A stretch of 64,000 bases of DNA from Schmidtea polychroa (lineage: Eukaryota), in the NCBI GenBank assembly GCA_044892525.1, contig CM097885.1, forward strand, positions 234,858,001 to 234,922,000, in the 5' to 3' direction. The notes under the pieces were generated by a model that saw only the letters and a list, made by a program, of their open reading frames with translations, had not been told where the DNA came from and ran no database searches. Numbering within the stretch: the stretch's first letter is position 1; each line of letters starts with the position of its first letter. Below, piece by piece: positions 26,675 to 40,332 of this stretch. The position numbers and the translations under genes were made by a program.

Positions 26675-28904
26675 AAATTTCACCATAAACAAGTAAGTCA
26701 AAGCTTTTAAATTGGCGATTTTAAAATTCAAAAAAGTGAATTACAAAATATTAAGTTATGCTTGTAATAGAAGGTTTAAAATTTGAATTAGAGAACACTA
26801 TTAATACATAATTATTAAAAAAATTAAAATAACTTTTGAATGTGCATAAAACATTCTAATACTTTTAAGTTTTGGACTTTTGAGCTTGGTGAGCTTCGAC
26901 TCTTATGAAACCTTGGACCTTATAGTCCAACATGTTTTCCACAATAGTGCCAATCTTTTAATTGATGTGTGAGCAAAAATAATTTTCTTTATTCTTTTAA
27001 AAGTTTTGAACCACCATTGTTGAACTCTCAAATGTCTCAGTATCATCAATAAATAAAACACATGCCATTATATCAATACCCCAACAATTGTGACCATAAA
27101 AGAATGATAAAAGCCAAGTGACTGAAAAGGTTCACTGGATTAGAGTATTAACGTAAAAAAACAAAGTGCCAAAAGAAACGATCAAGAAATACCTGTCGAG
27201 ATCTAACCGCACAAAATATGAAAAAAGCAAGAAATTATTAATATAAAGATAAAACAGAAATTAAAACAAAAATAAATCATAAACAGTAAATTAAAAAGTA
27301 CAAAATTAATAAAAATGAAACTGCATAAAGTTGCAGAAGTAAAAATTAAAATAAGCAGAATAAAGAAATAGCCAGAAAAAGAAACAAATTAATCCGAAAA
27401 AATGAAGATAGTGACCACTAAATACGCCTGGCTAAAATACTGGCGATGGCGAGACCAATTAGGAAAAGACTAAATATAAAAATTGATCAATAAACAAATT
27501 AATTTATATGCCCATAAATAAAAAAGAAAAATTATCCAATTAGGATAAAACAATCAAAAATGTAATTTGCAAAAAAATTAAATCAACGAAGGGGTATGTC
27601 CTCATTTGATTGGTTTATTAAGACAATTATTATTATCTAAATTTTCAGACATTTAGTTATTTGCATAAATTCATAACTTATTACATAATCCGGAAATCCA
27701 ATATTTTAACCCTACACTGCATATTGTATCACTGGTGATACACAATTATCTTATTAGAATAAAAACTGTCTCGTTCTTGTTCTCGGTAAATGTTCAGTTT
27801 AAGTGAAAGTGTACAAAGTATTTATACAACAATCAGTTATACGTTTTGAATTTTTTATATAAAAAGCGTAAGTTGAGTTAAATTTGTTTAATAATATACT
27901 ACATTTTTTCCTATCAAATATAAAAAGTCATGCAGTGTAGGGGTAAATTGTTATAATCTAAGATTTTTAAGATCACCCATAAAAGTAGGTAGTAGGGGTA
28001 TTACGGCAACAATTACCCCCGGGGGGTTCTGCTGCCGTAGACATTTTCTGCTTTTTGATTACGCAATTGCTGCCGTAATGCCCAATGTTTTTTTTTCTGG
28101 GATTTTCAATACAAAATTTTTTTTTCAATACAAAAAGCCAAGGATTAGTCATTATTATTTGGGTGGGTCTCCTTGGTCCTGAGAATTTCAATACAAAAAG
28201 GTGGTCTACACTAAAAAAGCGTGGTAAATTTTTGAATTACAGTAAATTATTGGCTCAGATTTTTGAATTAAAGTAAATTATGGGCTCAGATTTTTAAATT
28301 AAAGTAAATTATAGGTCTAATAATTGGATTAAAGTAATCAACGGGCTCAGATTTTTCAATTAAAGTAAATTATGGTACAATTTTTTTAATTAAAGTAAAT
28401 TATGGTCTAAGATTTAAATTTAAGTAGTCAATAGGTTCAAATTTCACAATTAAAGTAAATTAAGGTCCAAAATTTAAAATTAAGTAGTCAATGGTCAAAA
28501 ATTTAAATTAAAGTTAAATAAGTAAATTAAGTAATAATTTTTAAAAAAGTAAAGTAATGTAATAAGTAAATTAAAGTAAGATTTATAAATTTATTAAAAA
28601 AAAGTTGGAATAATAGTCGGTGTTTGAGAATTTAAATTTGTTAATGAAAATTTTTATGAAATAATTTTTTAAGTCAATTTTTAATAGAAATTTTTATAGA
28701 TTAATTTTAAATAAAATTTTTATTGAAAATTTTTATGAAATAATTTTTTAAAATAATTTTAATGGAATAATAAAAATAATAATAGTAATAATAATATTAT
28801 TATTATTTCAACCAAATACTATACAACACATAAAAAATAACTAAACTCAAAACTAAACACATAAAAAGAACAAAAGTAAAGATATAAAATTTTATTTAAT
28901 AAAA

Positions 28905-31203
28905 TCAATCTTCATCTGATAAAATAGCATCATCAATGTCAACTTCTTCATCAACTTTTTCATCAAATTCTCCAACATCTTCTCCAACAACTTCTATATC
29001 ATTTAATTGACTTAATCTTACATGGCCATAAGCAAAACTAGTATTTTTCCCCACCCAAACCCTTTTGTCATCTGCGTTAGTCAGAGCTATTTTACTATTT
29101 TTTATAGTATAAATTTGATGGTTTTTGCTAGTTATTTTTGTTTGAGGAATCGAAAAAATTTGATTAGTGTTATAACAATCCAGGTATGACCGATGTTTTA
29201 TGTCACTACCTTTCAATGTTACACCTTTAGCCTTTTTTGTTTCCTCATCACCCAACAAGCTATGACATTTAGGTCTAAGAAAAACCCATTCCTTATATTT
29301 AGGACCTTTATTCTCGTCTTTGAACTTTCCAATGACCGAATCATGGTTCTTACTTTATAAGGAATTACAAGTATCGTAATTGGACGTGTTTAATAAATTA
29401 TCGCGGATCATTGCAGGTTAAAGAACCTCAAGTTTGCAGTTAATAACTTCCAGGAAAAAGAATCCGTATCACCTGCAACGATATTAATTTTACATCGAAA
29501 CTCATTGCGATATTTTTCTAAATCGTTATATTGTAATTCATACATTCTAAGTTTAAATAGATCAAGTACAGACTGTCCAATGTAACTTGGTCTATCTAAA
29601 CATATAGAATCTGGATTTAACAAAGCTGCAATTAAATTATCGTCAATTTTAATGGATTTTTTAAACGAAAGTTTGGAAGTATATTTGACTAATTTACTGT
29701 CGGTTGTACAAAGACGAAGATTCATTCTTCTCTTTAAATTTTTTACAGTTTTACCATATAAACTGTTATTTAACAATTTGTAATAATTTTTGTCTAAACT
29801 ATTTATACTTTTTGCTCTTAATTCGGTGCATATCGTATCCTTTCAAGTTGTGAAATACGATAGGCAAAATTTTATTAATTTTCCTATTTATGTTGCATGT
29901 GCTACAAGCAGCACTCAAATATTTCCCAGTAAAATAATCATGATCTCTAACAGGATCGACGATACATTTCATGCAAAGGTAACATTTATCAGCATTATTA
30001 AATCGCTGTTGTTCAATATTAGTTAATTTCACCATAGATTTCCTTCCCATTTTATAATAAAAATGAAGAACTTTGTTTAATGCTATATCCTCTATAGCAC
30101 TTAAAAATCTTTCGACGCAATCTAAACCTATGAACTGTTGATAAGATTTAGATCCGTCGAAGTTATTAACAAGTAAAAGACCAGCAGATATTAGCATATG
30201 ACGTTTAAAGTGAATATTGTCGGAAGGTAAAATAGCCTCAAAATCAGCATAAACTACAAATGGAGGAGTTACTGTTTTCGACCAGTCAGTAAACTGTAAT
30301 AATTTATTTTGAGGGAATGTGTAAAGAGTCGTTCCTAACTGATTTCTTTTACACATTACTTCATGTTTGTCCAGCGCGTGTTTATATCTAAACCTGTTCA
30401 AACACCGCTGGCGCCATAATGAACGTATTTGTGTAGGACAACTAATGTTGATACCACAATTCATTAACCTATTTAAGTTACTTATAGCTATGTAATGGAA
30501 GTTGTTTCCTTTATTTAATAATAATAAATTAATTATTTTTCCATTTAAAACTTTGGAACGATGTATAATATCCAAATGTAGATGTTTTAATACATAATTT
30601 TCAGTTAATTGTCTAGCGTTGTCGTAAGTGAAGACGTTGATTATCAAACCAGGATTTTTGGCTTCAAATTTCCTAATATCATTTAATTTCATGGGTAAAT
30701 CGGACGAACGTCAGATAAATTATAACTCGATGTCCTATTTCTATATTGTGTAATAACTTCATCATATTTTAAAATAGCTAAGATGCTATATAAAAACATG
30801 AATCATCATTGTTTTTTATATTAATTAAACAATATTTATTTTTCAAATAAGTTGGTGTTTCAACAAAACTCCTACCACTTAATCTACTTAACCTACTTAT
30901 TTTAGTTATTGTGAAATAAATTTCAGTTATATTTTTTATTATCCAACTACTGCCTTACTCGGTTATGTTTGTTATTTTTTCATTTAATTCCCTAATGCCT
31001 TCGTCAAAAAATAACGCAGTTAATAGTTTCCCGTTATTAGAGATATTATTAACTTTTATTTCCCCGTCTTTTTCAAATTCGATTGTTATTCCGAATTGAA
31101 TTTTGACGGAGCCTAATTCGTTAATAATATCTCTTAATTTGATTATTAACGATTCTGGAAATATTATTTCCTTAATATTTAAATCGTTAGTATTTAAACT
31201 CAA
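28905..31203 (-). pseudogene. Protein-primed family B DNA polymerase (pPolB) pseudogene with large internal deletion
   Basis: N-terminal GSSW..INIKNNDDSCF; Exo I VVYADFEA; EndoVII-like VRDHDYFTGKYLSAACSTCN; Exo II FHNLKGYD; motif B KLLNNSLYGK; motif C GDTDS; KAKGV. Confidence 0.92.
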
Positions 31204-31687
31204 TATCTGGTGGGTACCTCTTAAATCGCGTTGAACTGTCGGTACATTTACGTAAGAATCAACACTGTAGTGTTAAATGGAAAGGTAATTATTCTTTAAA
31301 TCTAATTAACTTAGTCATAATTTTCTTTAATTATTACTACCAATTCTCATCATCTTTCAAAATTTATTACTTAATTTTAAATTGCATCCTTTAATTTACT
31401 TAATTTTAAATTTTAGCATTTAATTTACCAAATATATCCTTTAATTACTTTTCTTTAAATATATCTCTTAATATTATTTCATAAAAAATCTATTTAAATG
31501 TATCATTGAAAATTATTTCATAAAAATTTGCATCTCAAATTGTCAATTCTCATTGATCGATAGTTTTTCAAAATATCTGACAATAAATTATTAATGTAAT
31601 TTTAAAATTTTTACTTTAATTTACTTAATTTAAAAATATTACTATAATTTAAAAATTTTAATTTTAATTTAATTCTAGAATCTAGAC

Positions 31688-32254
31688 CAGAGGTGTGCAG
31701 CCAAAAGTGGTCCGAGGGCCACTTTTAAGAAAATTATTTTTATAGGGCCAGAAAAAATTTTTAAAAAAAAACCCCCGCTCAAATAAAAAAACCCAATTTC
31801 TTTTCAGCGGAATTTTTCTTAGGGTTTACCTTTTAATCTAAAAAAACAGGACACTATACGCTTAATTACTGCAGCTAGTTAGCATAGTGTACAATAATAT
31901 CCGCTTTAAACTATTTAAAAAAATGAACAGATTAATTATTTTATTCTTTTTGTGACTTTGAACTCTCCACAGGAGAATTAATGTCCGGTGAAATCCCGGA
32001 TATTGCTAATCGCAAGGAACTTTCAAGATGATGATCAGTTTTCCTGGATCTCTGAACTGATTTAACAAATTTCATTCTGGAAAATAGCTGCTCACACTTG
32101 TAAGTGCTACCAATCAAAGCCTGTCGCTTTTGAACAAATCTTGATAGATTTGGAAATTCGCTTGCTGGAAAAAGTTGCTGATAAAAATCAAGGAGTTTCA
32201 TGGTTTCACGGGCCAGAAAAATTCGCCTCACGGGCCACCATTTGCACGCCCCTG
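31688..32254 (-). mobile_element. Internally deleted hAT (Charlie/Buster-like) element nested in the Polinton remnant
   Basis: TIRs CAGAGGTGTGCA / TGCACGCCCCTG; perfect 8-bp TSD ATCTAGAC. Retains the dimerisation domain FPNL..GSTYKCEQLFSRMK..RSR..HLESSLR. Confidence 0.93.
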
Positions 32255-33124
32255 ATCTAGACCATTGATTACTCAAGTTTAAAATTTTAAGCATTAATTT
32301 ACCTATTTATCATTAATTTACTTTAATTTAACCCTTTATTTACTTAATTTAGCCCTTGTTTACCAAATATAGAAGTTTAAAATATAGACCATTGATTACT
32401 TTAATTTAAAAATGTATCCATTAATTTACATAATTTCCATCTAAAAATATTTCATAAAAATTTTTATCTAAAATTGTCATTGAAAAATATTTGATAAAAG
32501 TTTTCATTTAAAATTTTCATTTCTCATCAGATGATAGTTATTCAAAATATCTGACAATAAATTATTATTCATGTAGAACACGTTTGCGCTACATAATTTA
32601 ATTTAAAATTTTACATTAATTTACTTTAAAATTTTGAACTTAATTACTTAATTTAGACTTTTAGACCCTAATTACTTTAATTTAAAACTTAACCTTAATT
32701 CAACTATTCAATTTAATTTAATTTACTTAATTTTAAAATTTAAACCTTAAATTACTAATTTGAACCCTTAATTTACTTTAATTTAAAATTTTAGACCTTA
32801 TTTCAGAACTTAATTTAAAATTTTAGATCTTAATTACTTAATTTAATATTTTCGACCATAATTTACCAATTTATCATTATTTTGCTTTAGTTTAATTTTA
32901 GATCCTTGATTAATTCAATTTAAAAATTTAGACCCTTAATTTAATTTAATTGAAAATTTTAGACCTTAATTTGCTTATTTATTCTTAATTTACTTAAGTT
33001 TAAAAATATATACCATAATTTACTTTAATTTAAAATTTAACCATTAATTTACTTAATTGAAAATTTTAGACCATAATTTTTATGTAAAATTGTCATTAAA
33101 AAATTTTCATTTCTCAGGCGCTGT

Positions 33125-33340
33125 TTAGTTGGTAGTTAGTAGCCCACTGCCGCAATAACCCCCTCCCCGATAGGGGGGGGGGGTTCTGCGGCAACTCGTT
33201 TTTTTGCTTTTTTGATTATGTAATTACTGCAACTCTTTTTTTGTTACGTAATTGCGGCAGTAAGCTACGCTTATTTTTTCTGGAATGTTCAATACAAAAA
33301 AAATGAGTTGCAACAATTACATAATCAAAAAAGCAAGAAA
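33125..33340 (+). repeat. Second copy of a Polinton-like terminal segment, in direct orientation to 27983-28115
   Basis: Shared layout GCAA..ACCCC..GGGGGGTTCTGC..GCTTTTTGATTA..TTTTTCTGG..TTCAATACAAAA. Confidence 0.6.
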
Positions 33341-35540
33341 AAACTCGACTTGCATTTGCAGGGGGCTAAAATTAAATTATAAATTATAAAGATAATTAAA
33401 TTATAAATTATTTGTCAAATTTTAATAGAAAGAAACCACGAAAAAAAATTTTGAAACCTATTTTTCTGAAATTTCTGATAAAATAGGTTTTAAATTTTTT
33501 TTCGTGGTTTAGATCTTTTAGTAAAAAACAGCAATTGGAATGAACAAAATTGAAAATTTGCAAAGGTTTAAATTAATTTTTACTAATTTTTTATTTGTCA
33601 ATTTATAGAGAAATCAATATTCTGGATTCATTACAATTCAAAATCAAATTATAAAATATAAATTCGAAATACCTATTAAATAGAGAAAAAGGTTTGAAAT
33701 TTATTGAGGAATTTTATTCAGTGATAAATTTCACATTCGTTAATTATTAAATTTTAATTAGAAAAGGAAAATATTAATTAAAACTGAATTTAAAATTAAA
33801 AGAAAAGAGAAACTTTTATCAATACAAAACACGTAAGATTAATTTGTATTTCCATGTGATAATAAATTTTGATTTTGTAACATTTATTTGAATAACCAGA
33901 AAGATAGTATATATAGCCTTGCGTTATCAACAGATACTTTTTAAGGAGAATGATAAAGAGGTAGATTATATTTAAACTCAATGTTCCCTTTAAACTGTGA
34001 GACTATGAATACTAACACAGATCATAAGAAAGTGCGCAAAAAGAAATATTGTTTTTTCAAATTTCTATTGCTAAATCACTGAAACACAGATGTTTTTAAT
34101 TTCTCTAATTTTCTCTTATTTCGATTTATTTCTCGGCTATTCTTTTAATTTTTCCTTCGACCACTAATTTTTCTTGTGATAAATCATTTTTCCATTCCTG
34201 TCTCTTCATAATTTGTATAGCTCCTGAATTATCACCGATAGTTAGGCACTTAAGATAGTTTGTCATTTATTCCATTTCTGATTCTGGCATTTTGCATATT
34301 TTTTCTATTTCCCACGTTATCTCTGAAAGTTTGGAGATGCCGTTTTACTTTCATGTTTTGTTTTTGTTTTCCTATTTCGAAATTCCTATATGATTTCTTG
34401 AACTTATTAGTTATAAGTTACCTTTCTCAGCTTTATTATTTCATTTCTTTTCTTTTGTTATTCCTTCCCATTTCTCATTTTTTTGCTTTTCTGTTTTCTC
34501 CAAGTTTCAGAACGCTATCCCAATCAGCCTATCGATTTTCCCCCAAATTATTTTAATTATTTAAAATATTATTTATTATTTAGGAATCCTCAACTTATTA
34601 TTGGAAAAAATTCACTTAAATAAAAAATATCATTATAAAATATATAAATATTGAAATAAATATTTTCTTATTTAAAAACTTTGTAGAGCGCATAAAACAC
34701 ACACTTTTATTTCTGCTATCAGGTTAAAGAAAATTGACCACCTATTAATACACTAATAGTCAATTATTAGGACAATAATACAAAAATCTATTGAATTCTA
34801 TAATAAAAATATTTACATATGAGTATCAATCACCATGCTTTAAAATTAAAAATAAATTTTAGAGACTTCAATTGAAAAAAATTCCATTTTCTCAAATGTT
34901 CTTTCATAATATTTAATTTTTTTAAAATTTTTAATAAATAATTTCTAACAGCCCATTACAATTCTATGGCCCAGTCAATTGAAAGAATTATTCAAAAAGT
35001 TATTTTATCAGTAGGGCCAAGATTTTCAAACACTAAAACTCTGGAATTAATCAAGAAATGTGTAAAATATCCACTTAAATTATAAATAAAATCTTCTATT
35101 ATTTTTTTGTCACTTTTGATCTTTTTACCTTTTATGATATTGGTGGGTTACTGGTGGTTGAATGATTGAGTGCTGTTACCAGCGTAACCCAAAATACAAC
35201 ATTGTTTTTCCGCTTGGTACCCGTTGAGTGATCAACGTTGGTACTGTACCAAGGGTTGAGTACCCACAAAAAGTGAGCGCATCAAAGCACTATAATTGTC
35301 GAGTACTCCACGGGTTCACGGACTACCGTTAGAAGGTATGTGTCCGATTTCCTCAGGTCCCCTATTCGAAATTGTTTTCCCAACTCTCAACACCTCGATT
35401 TTCAGTCACTCAACATTTGCAAACAACATACTTCATACATTAATTTAACTAAGTTTGTATTTAGACATTAACAATAAGCAACAAAAAAAAAAAGGAAAAC
35501 TCAATGTATCTAGCATAAGTGACTGTTCACATCGCGGAAA

Positions 35541-35987
35541 TTACACTGGTGTAGATTTTTCTTGTCGCTCATACTCGGCTAACCTAGCCTTCTTTAACTT
35601 CTCCCGGATGTTCCGTCCCAACCGCTTTCTTTTGGGTTTCTCTTTCGCGGCCGGAGGGTATATTGCTGCTAGTTCCACAGTCAACGGCCGGATTTGGCTT
35701 ATGGCGGCTCCGTGAACTACTTGTTCATTTCGCTCGGTTTCTAGCGCGCGGAGCTGGAGCTTCAGTGCCCGGATCTCCATCTGATCCTGCGCGGCTTGAG
35801 TCTGCAGTTGAAGGACCTGCGCCACCTTCTTTTTCATATCCTCGGGACTAAACCAGGTGCTTTCTAGTTCCCTGCACCGTCCCTTGAGCTTGTCTACTCG
35901 TATGCGGAGCTCCTCGGCCTGTTTTTGGGCTTCTTCCCTGTCCTTTCGCAAATTTTCAAGTAGTTTGAACACTAGATAAAAATTCAA
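35541..35987 (-). CDS. Hypothetical coiled-coil, basic protein (start uncertain)
   Basis: GC-rich open frame in an AT-rich background; heptad-like segment and KPKRKR. Track start is TTG, and the nearest upstream ATG (35995) is out of frame. Confidence 0.5.
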   Translation of the reverse strand: MNFYLVFKLLENLRKDREEAQKQAEELRIRVDKLKGRCRELESTWFSPEDMKKKVAQVLQLQTQAAQDQMEIRALKLQLRALETERNEQVVHGAAISQIRPLTVELAAIYPPAAKEKPKRKRLGRNIREKLKKARLAEYERQEKSTPV

Positions 35988-36189
35988 TGATTCATTCCTG
36001 CAGCATAACGCTCATTCTATTATATAATAAGATCAATATTATAAATAAACATAGTCTCAGACATTAAGCACGCAATTCATAAGATAATTTATTGAAAGGA
36101 ATAAATTTGTTCGTCACTAAAATTAAAGTTTAATTAAGTCATAACTGATGCTAATTGCAAAAAAAAATTTTGATGATGAGTCAGGTCGG

Positions 36190-36546
36190 TCACTTGCGAG
36201 GCCTTCCCCTCTTCCGCGGGGTTGTCTCGGCCTCCTCTAGGTCCTCTACGGTTTTCCCTTCCTTGTTTGCCCGGATTTGCAAGTCGATTTTCCTCAATCG
36301 CATCTGGGCTGCTTCCACCTCGATGGCCGCTCGGTCACGGGCCTCTTGCAAAAAATCGTTTGTGGGCTCTGTTTTTACCCACGCTGGGGCGTCCGGTTCC
36401 GGCCCACTCCTGATTACTGGGCCCCAGTTGTCGAGGTCCAAGCCCCGGTTCCAATCATGGATACGGTACCATATGTACCGTGTCCGGAGTCGTGTAAGCA
36501 TCTGTCGGTCGGCTGCTTCGTTACTATCACTGTCAGAATAGGACAT
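36190..36546 (-). CDS. Hypothetical protein with C-terminal AT-hook
   Basis: GC-rich ORF; ATG preceded by TTTTGTAG-AA; ends TPRKRGRPRK. Confidence 0.6.
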   Translation of the reverse strand: MSYSDSDSNEAADRQMLTRLRTRYIWYRIHDWNRGLDLDNWGPVIRSGPEPDAPAWVKTEPTNDFLQEARDRAAIEVEAAQMRLRKIDLQIRANKEGKTVEDLEEAETTPRKRGRPRK

Positions 36547-37632
36547 TTCTACAAAAGAACAATCAAGCCACTTTATACTGATTGTAATACGACGTTAAAC
36601 ACAGGATTTTGTTGACCCTTTTTCCCTTTAAGAATTTGAAAATAAAAAGAAATATTTTATTTTAAGACTAACATTTATAATCCTAGGAACCATAGAATGA
36701 AATTTCATATTTTGTTTACTAATGACCCAAAAAAATTTATCAACCATCCTCTTGTTTTAATTAACTATTTTTCTCTAAATTTGTATTTATCACTAAGTGA
36801 ACATTTAAATTATATTTTTTGTATTTTAATTTAAATATTATCACGAATTTAAAATTTCAGGGTTTAAATCTTTTGCCACTAAATTCGGGTACGCTGAGGC
36901 GACAGGTATTAACAACGAGCTTAGCTTCTCGTCTGCTTGCCTTTCCTTCGGTTGTACTCGTCATGAGTGGTATAGTCCGCTTTGATTTGCTTGTAAGTAG
37001 TTCATTTATTAACCATAGCTTTTCGATTTTAGAGATATTTGATGGGAATCTTTCACTTGGATGGAGTGGCCGGTTGTTCAAAGCCTTAAAGGAATCTTAT
37101 GTGACTCTGTGTTGGTATTTTTAGTCTGATTTGTATCTAGTAATGTTAGAAGTTTTGTTGACTAATTTAATTTAGCATGTTCTTTTGTTAATCGCTTTTG
37201 ATTTTTTGTAAAATAATTTTTTGTCATTTATTGATAATTCGTGCGGCTGATTCCGTGGAGTCCCATGGTTGGTATCGATTGGCTCAATGTATTCCTAGTG
37301 TCTTCGATGAATTGGTTTGAGTTAATGTAGGTTTTACTCGACTTTTAGTTCTGGGGACGCTAAGTTAACTAAGATATCCATCTCTGACAAGCCTGGGTTA
37401 AATTAACTTATTAGATACGTATAGCTACCTACGTTTACTCATATATCTATATATATGCATCTACTCATGTTCCTATCTAATTAATAGTCCTAGCATTTTC
37501 TCAGAGAGGGGGGGGGGTTACTAAAAATAGATTTTTGGACTTACGTTCATTTTTATTGGAGCAAAGGGGTAGGTTCTAAATTTAGTCGTGGAGGGAAATC
37601 CTAAATCGATAATTCCATCGATTTTTGGAAAT

Positions 37633-37770
37633 TAATAATGAAATAATAGTAATAATAATACTGATAATCATACGGTTGATAAGAATAACACTAGGAAGAG
37701 TGATCCTAGTAATAATTATAATGATAATAATAATGACAATAATAATAATAATGATATTAATAATAATAAC

Positions 37771-37827
<57 letters not shown>

Positions 37828-37828
37828 G

Positions 37829-37889
<61 letters not shown>

Positions 37890-37897
37890 TAATAATA

Positions 37898-37937
<40 letters not shown>
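37633..37937. repeat. (AAT)n microsatellite with a degenerate left flank
   Basis: Direct observation; explains the poly-Ile ORF. Confidence 0.95.
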
Positions 37938-40332
37938 GAGTATGTATATAGTTTATAATTTAAAATTTTTAGATTAAAGTTAATACTTTCATAACCAAAA
38001 TTTATATTTTATAGCTGAAATTTATACTTTATGTTTAAAATTTTTGAATAAATTTATATTATATAGTTGGAATTTATATTTCATATTTAGAATTTTGGTT
38101 TAATTTATATTTCATAGTTGAAATTTATGTTTTATATTTAAAATTTTTGATTTTAAAACTTTGACTTGCAGTTGAGGTTCATGCTAAAAATTCATATCTA
38201 ATTATTAAATTTAATAAAACTTTCATGTAACGATCTGTAATTTATGGTTTTGTAAGCAATTTTTACCCATGACAATTTAGAATTCCTACCTTTACGATCA
38301 AAATTGATGTATTTAGGTATAAAGTACTTTCGCAATTTTAATTTATATTTCTAATTATCTATAATTCATAAAAATTTCCATCTATTTCTGTAACAGCATT
38401 TATCTACAGCTACTGGTAATTCCCATTTTCAGCGACGAATTTATCCATAACCATCCTTTAGAAGGGCCCAACTATAACTATTCTTCAACACTTCATAAGA
38501 TTATGACGGGATTCTATGTTCTAAAGGTATATGATTCGTATTCAGCTAATTGCATTTAATGAAAAATCCAAGCCCTGCCAATACATCTATCGAACCTTAG
38601 TTACGAACTAGATCATTATGAAAATTCTTTACTTTATTCAAAAAATTTATCTAGGTTCGACAATGTATGGGCAGAGTCAATTTTTAGGAACTCAACCGTC
38701 TATACTAAGTGTGATTTGTTGAATTTTAGGTATGAGATCTACTCAATTTACCAACCTTAGGGTATTTTTTGTATCACTGATTTTAAATGTTGAATTTAAA
38801 TATGTATTACATAAAAGGTCGGGAAGAATATTGCTTCCATGGCCCCACTGTGACCACTTCCACAAACCTTAGTGTTGAGTGTCGAGTCAACCATTTACGG
38901 TCGACCTTACATAAATACGAAGAGTCAGACGGAGGTTTTCCTCGACCTAACTCCATGGCAGGACCATGAAGTAGTTCGACCTCCGAATGACCCGAACACA
39001 AAAAGAGCCGTATAATAAGTGATTAATATAATATAAATAATGTATGTGTGCATGTACTATGAGGATATTAACAAAATCGAATGCAGGACTGAACAACGAC
39101 GCAGGAATACCGGTACGCCGTTGAACCTTCGTACATCAACAAAAATTTTAGAAACAAAAATCAAATATGGAATACTTTAATTTTAAGTAAATCATAACTA
39201 CATAAAAAAAAATTTCAATCAAATCTACTTACTCTGTAGGTCGGAAAAATTTTGTTCAAAATTTGGCATAAAAATAATACTAAATACTGACTGAAACGTG
39301 TCAGTATATATACCTATTTAGTACACGTGTATGTATTGATGCATTAAAACAAACTCGAATTCTTTTTATTCCAGAATTTTCTATTTTACGATTTTGCTAT
39401 TTTTAATGGCAATTTTTGTGCCCTAATTTTTGTTTTTATTTTTATATTTTTATTTTTTAATTATTTTTCATTAATTTTACGTCCATGATGGATTTGGAAC
39501 GGTTCCAGAACATTCTATTTTACTTTTAATTTAATTTTTATTTTAACTGATGTTTTTATGAATTCTTTTTGAGATTTTTTATTTTTAATACTAATTTATT
39601 TATTTTCCTTAACTTTTGTTGTTCTAGATAACTTTTGTGATGGTCATCGCCATTTTTATAGAATGTTCTGGGTTTTTCTGGAATGTTTTACTGTTTTTAT
39701 CGTCTTTTAAGTTATTCGAGTCTGTTTTTTGTAACTCTGTGTTTATTTGGTTATTTTTGAGTTAGATTTTTGCATCACTTCTTGCTTTTGTATAATTTTG
39801 TTTAATTTCTTTGTTTATGTTTTTGTTGCTTTCTCCTTTAGTTAATATTGTTTATTTGGTGTAGGTTTTAATATTTAACTATACTTGGTGCTTTTTTACT
39901 TGCTGTGTACCTACGCGTTTCAGTCACAATCAGTATTTTGGGTCTAGAAATCAGTTCTAGCCCAACATAAACCACTCGGGGGCCCATAAAATTGCGACCC
40001 GCAATTTAAATCATAAGATGAAGAAAATTATTTTCAGAATACTTGCACTATATTACAAGTGCCTACATGCAAATTGGGTCCACGAGCTACAGGGTCGTGA
40101 CCTCAATACCCACATACATAAAAAATGCTACTAATACACTACATTTTACAGATGGGTTAAAAGATGAAGAAAAAGAACGACCGAGGTCGGTCCACATAAA
40201 AGTTAAAATTATCATGCTCAAGAATCAATGTCATTAATCGTAGTCTCCGTCTTTTCAATCAATTGTTTGATCAGGATGATTTATCGTTTATAATGTCGCA
40301 AAATGTTTTTTTTTTACTGTCATGATGTCATA

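Larger units (their letters stand above)
27983..33100 (-). mobile_element. Polinton/Maverick-derived deletion element with inverted AT-rich subterminal tandem arrays
   Basis: Begins AGTAGGTAGTAG. ~31-bp units ttaaagtaaattatggtctaa.. at 28230-28580 recur reverse-complemented at 31300-33080. The pPolB remnant lies between. Confidence 0.7.

Noticed and set aside
28230..28580. CRISPR-like periodic repeats (also 1500-1770, 24800-25050)
   Set aside because: Eukaryotic context, degenerate units mostly without unique spacers, no cas genes.
37503..37517. Polypurine tract AGAGAGGGGGGGGGG as the element PPT
   Set aside because: On the wrong strand for a minus-strand element and not followed by TG.
37625..37951. 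Poly-Ile ORF
   Set aside because: Translation of an (AAT)n microsatellite.
33982..38235. Candidate LTR boundaries (TG at 33982, TGTAAC at 38226)
   Set aside because: No second LTR, TSD or matching inverted end in the window to confirm them.
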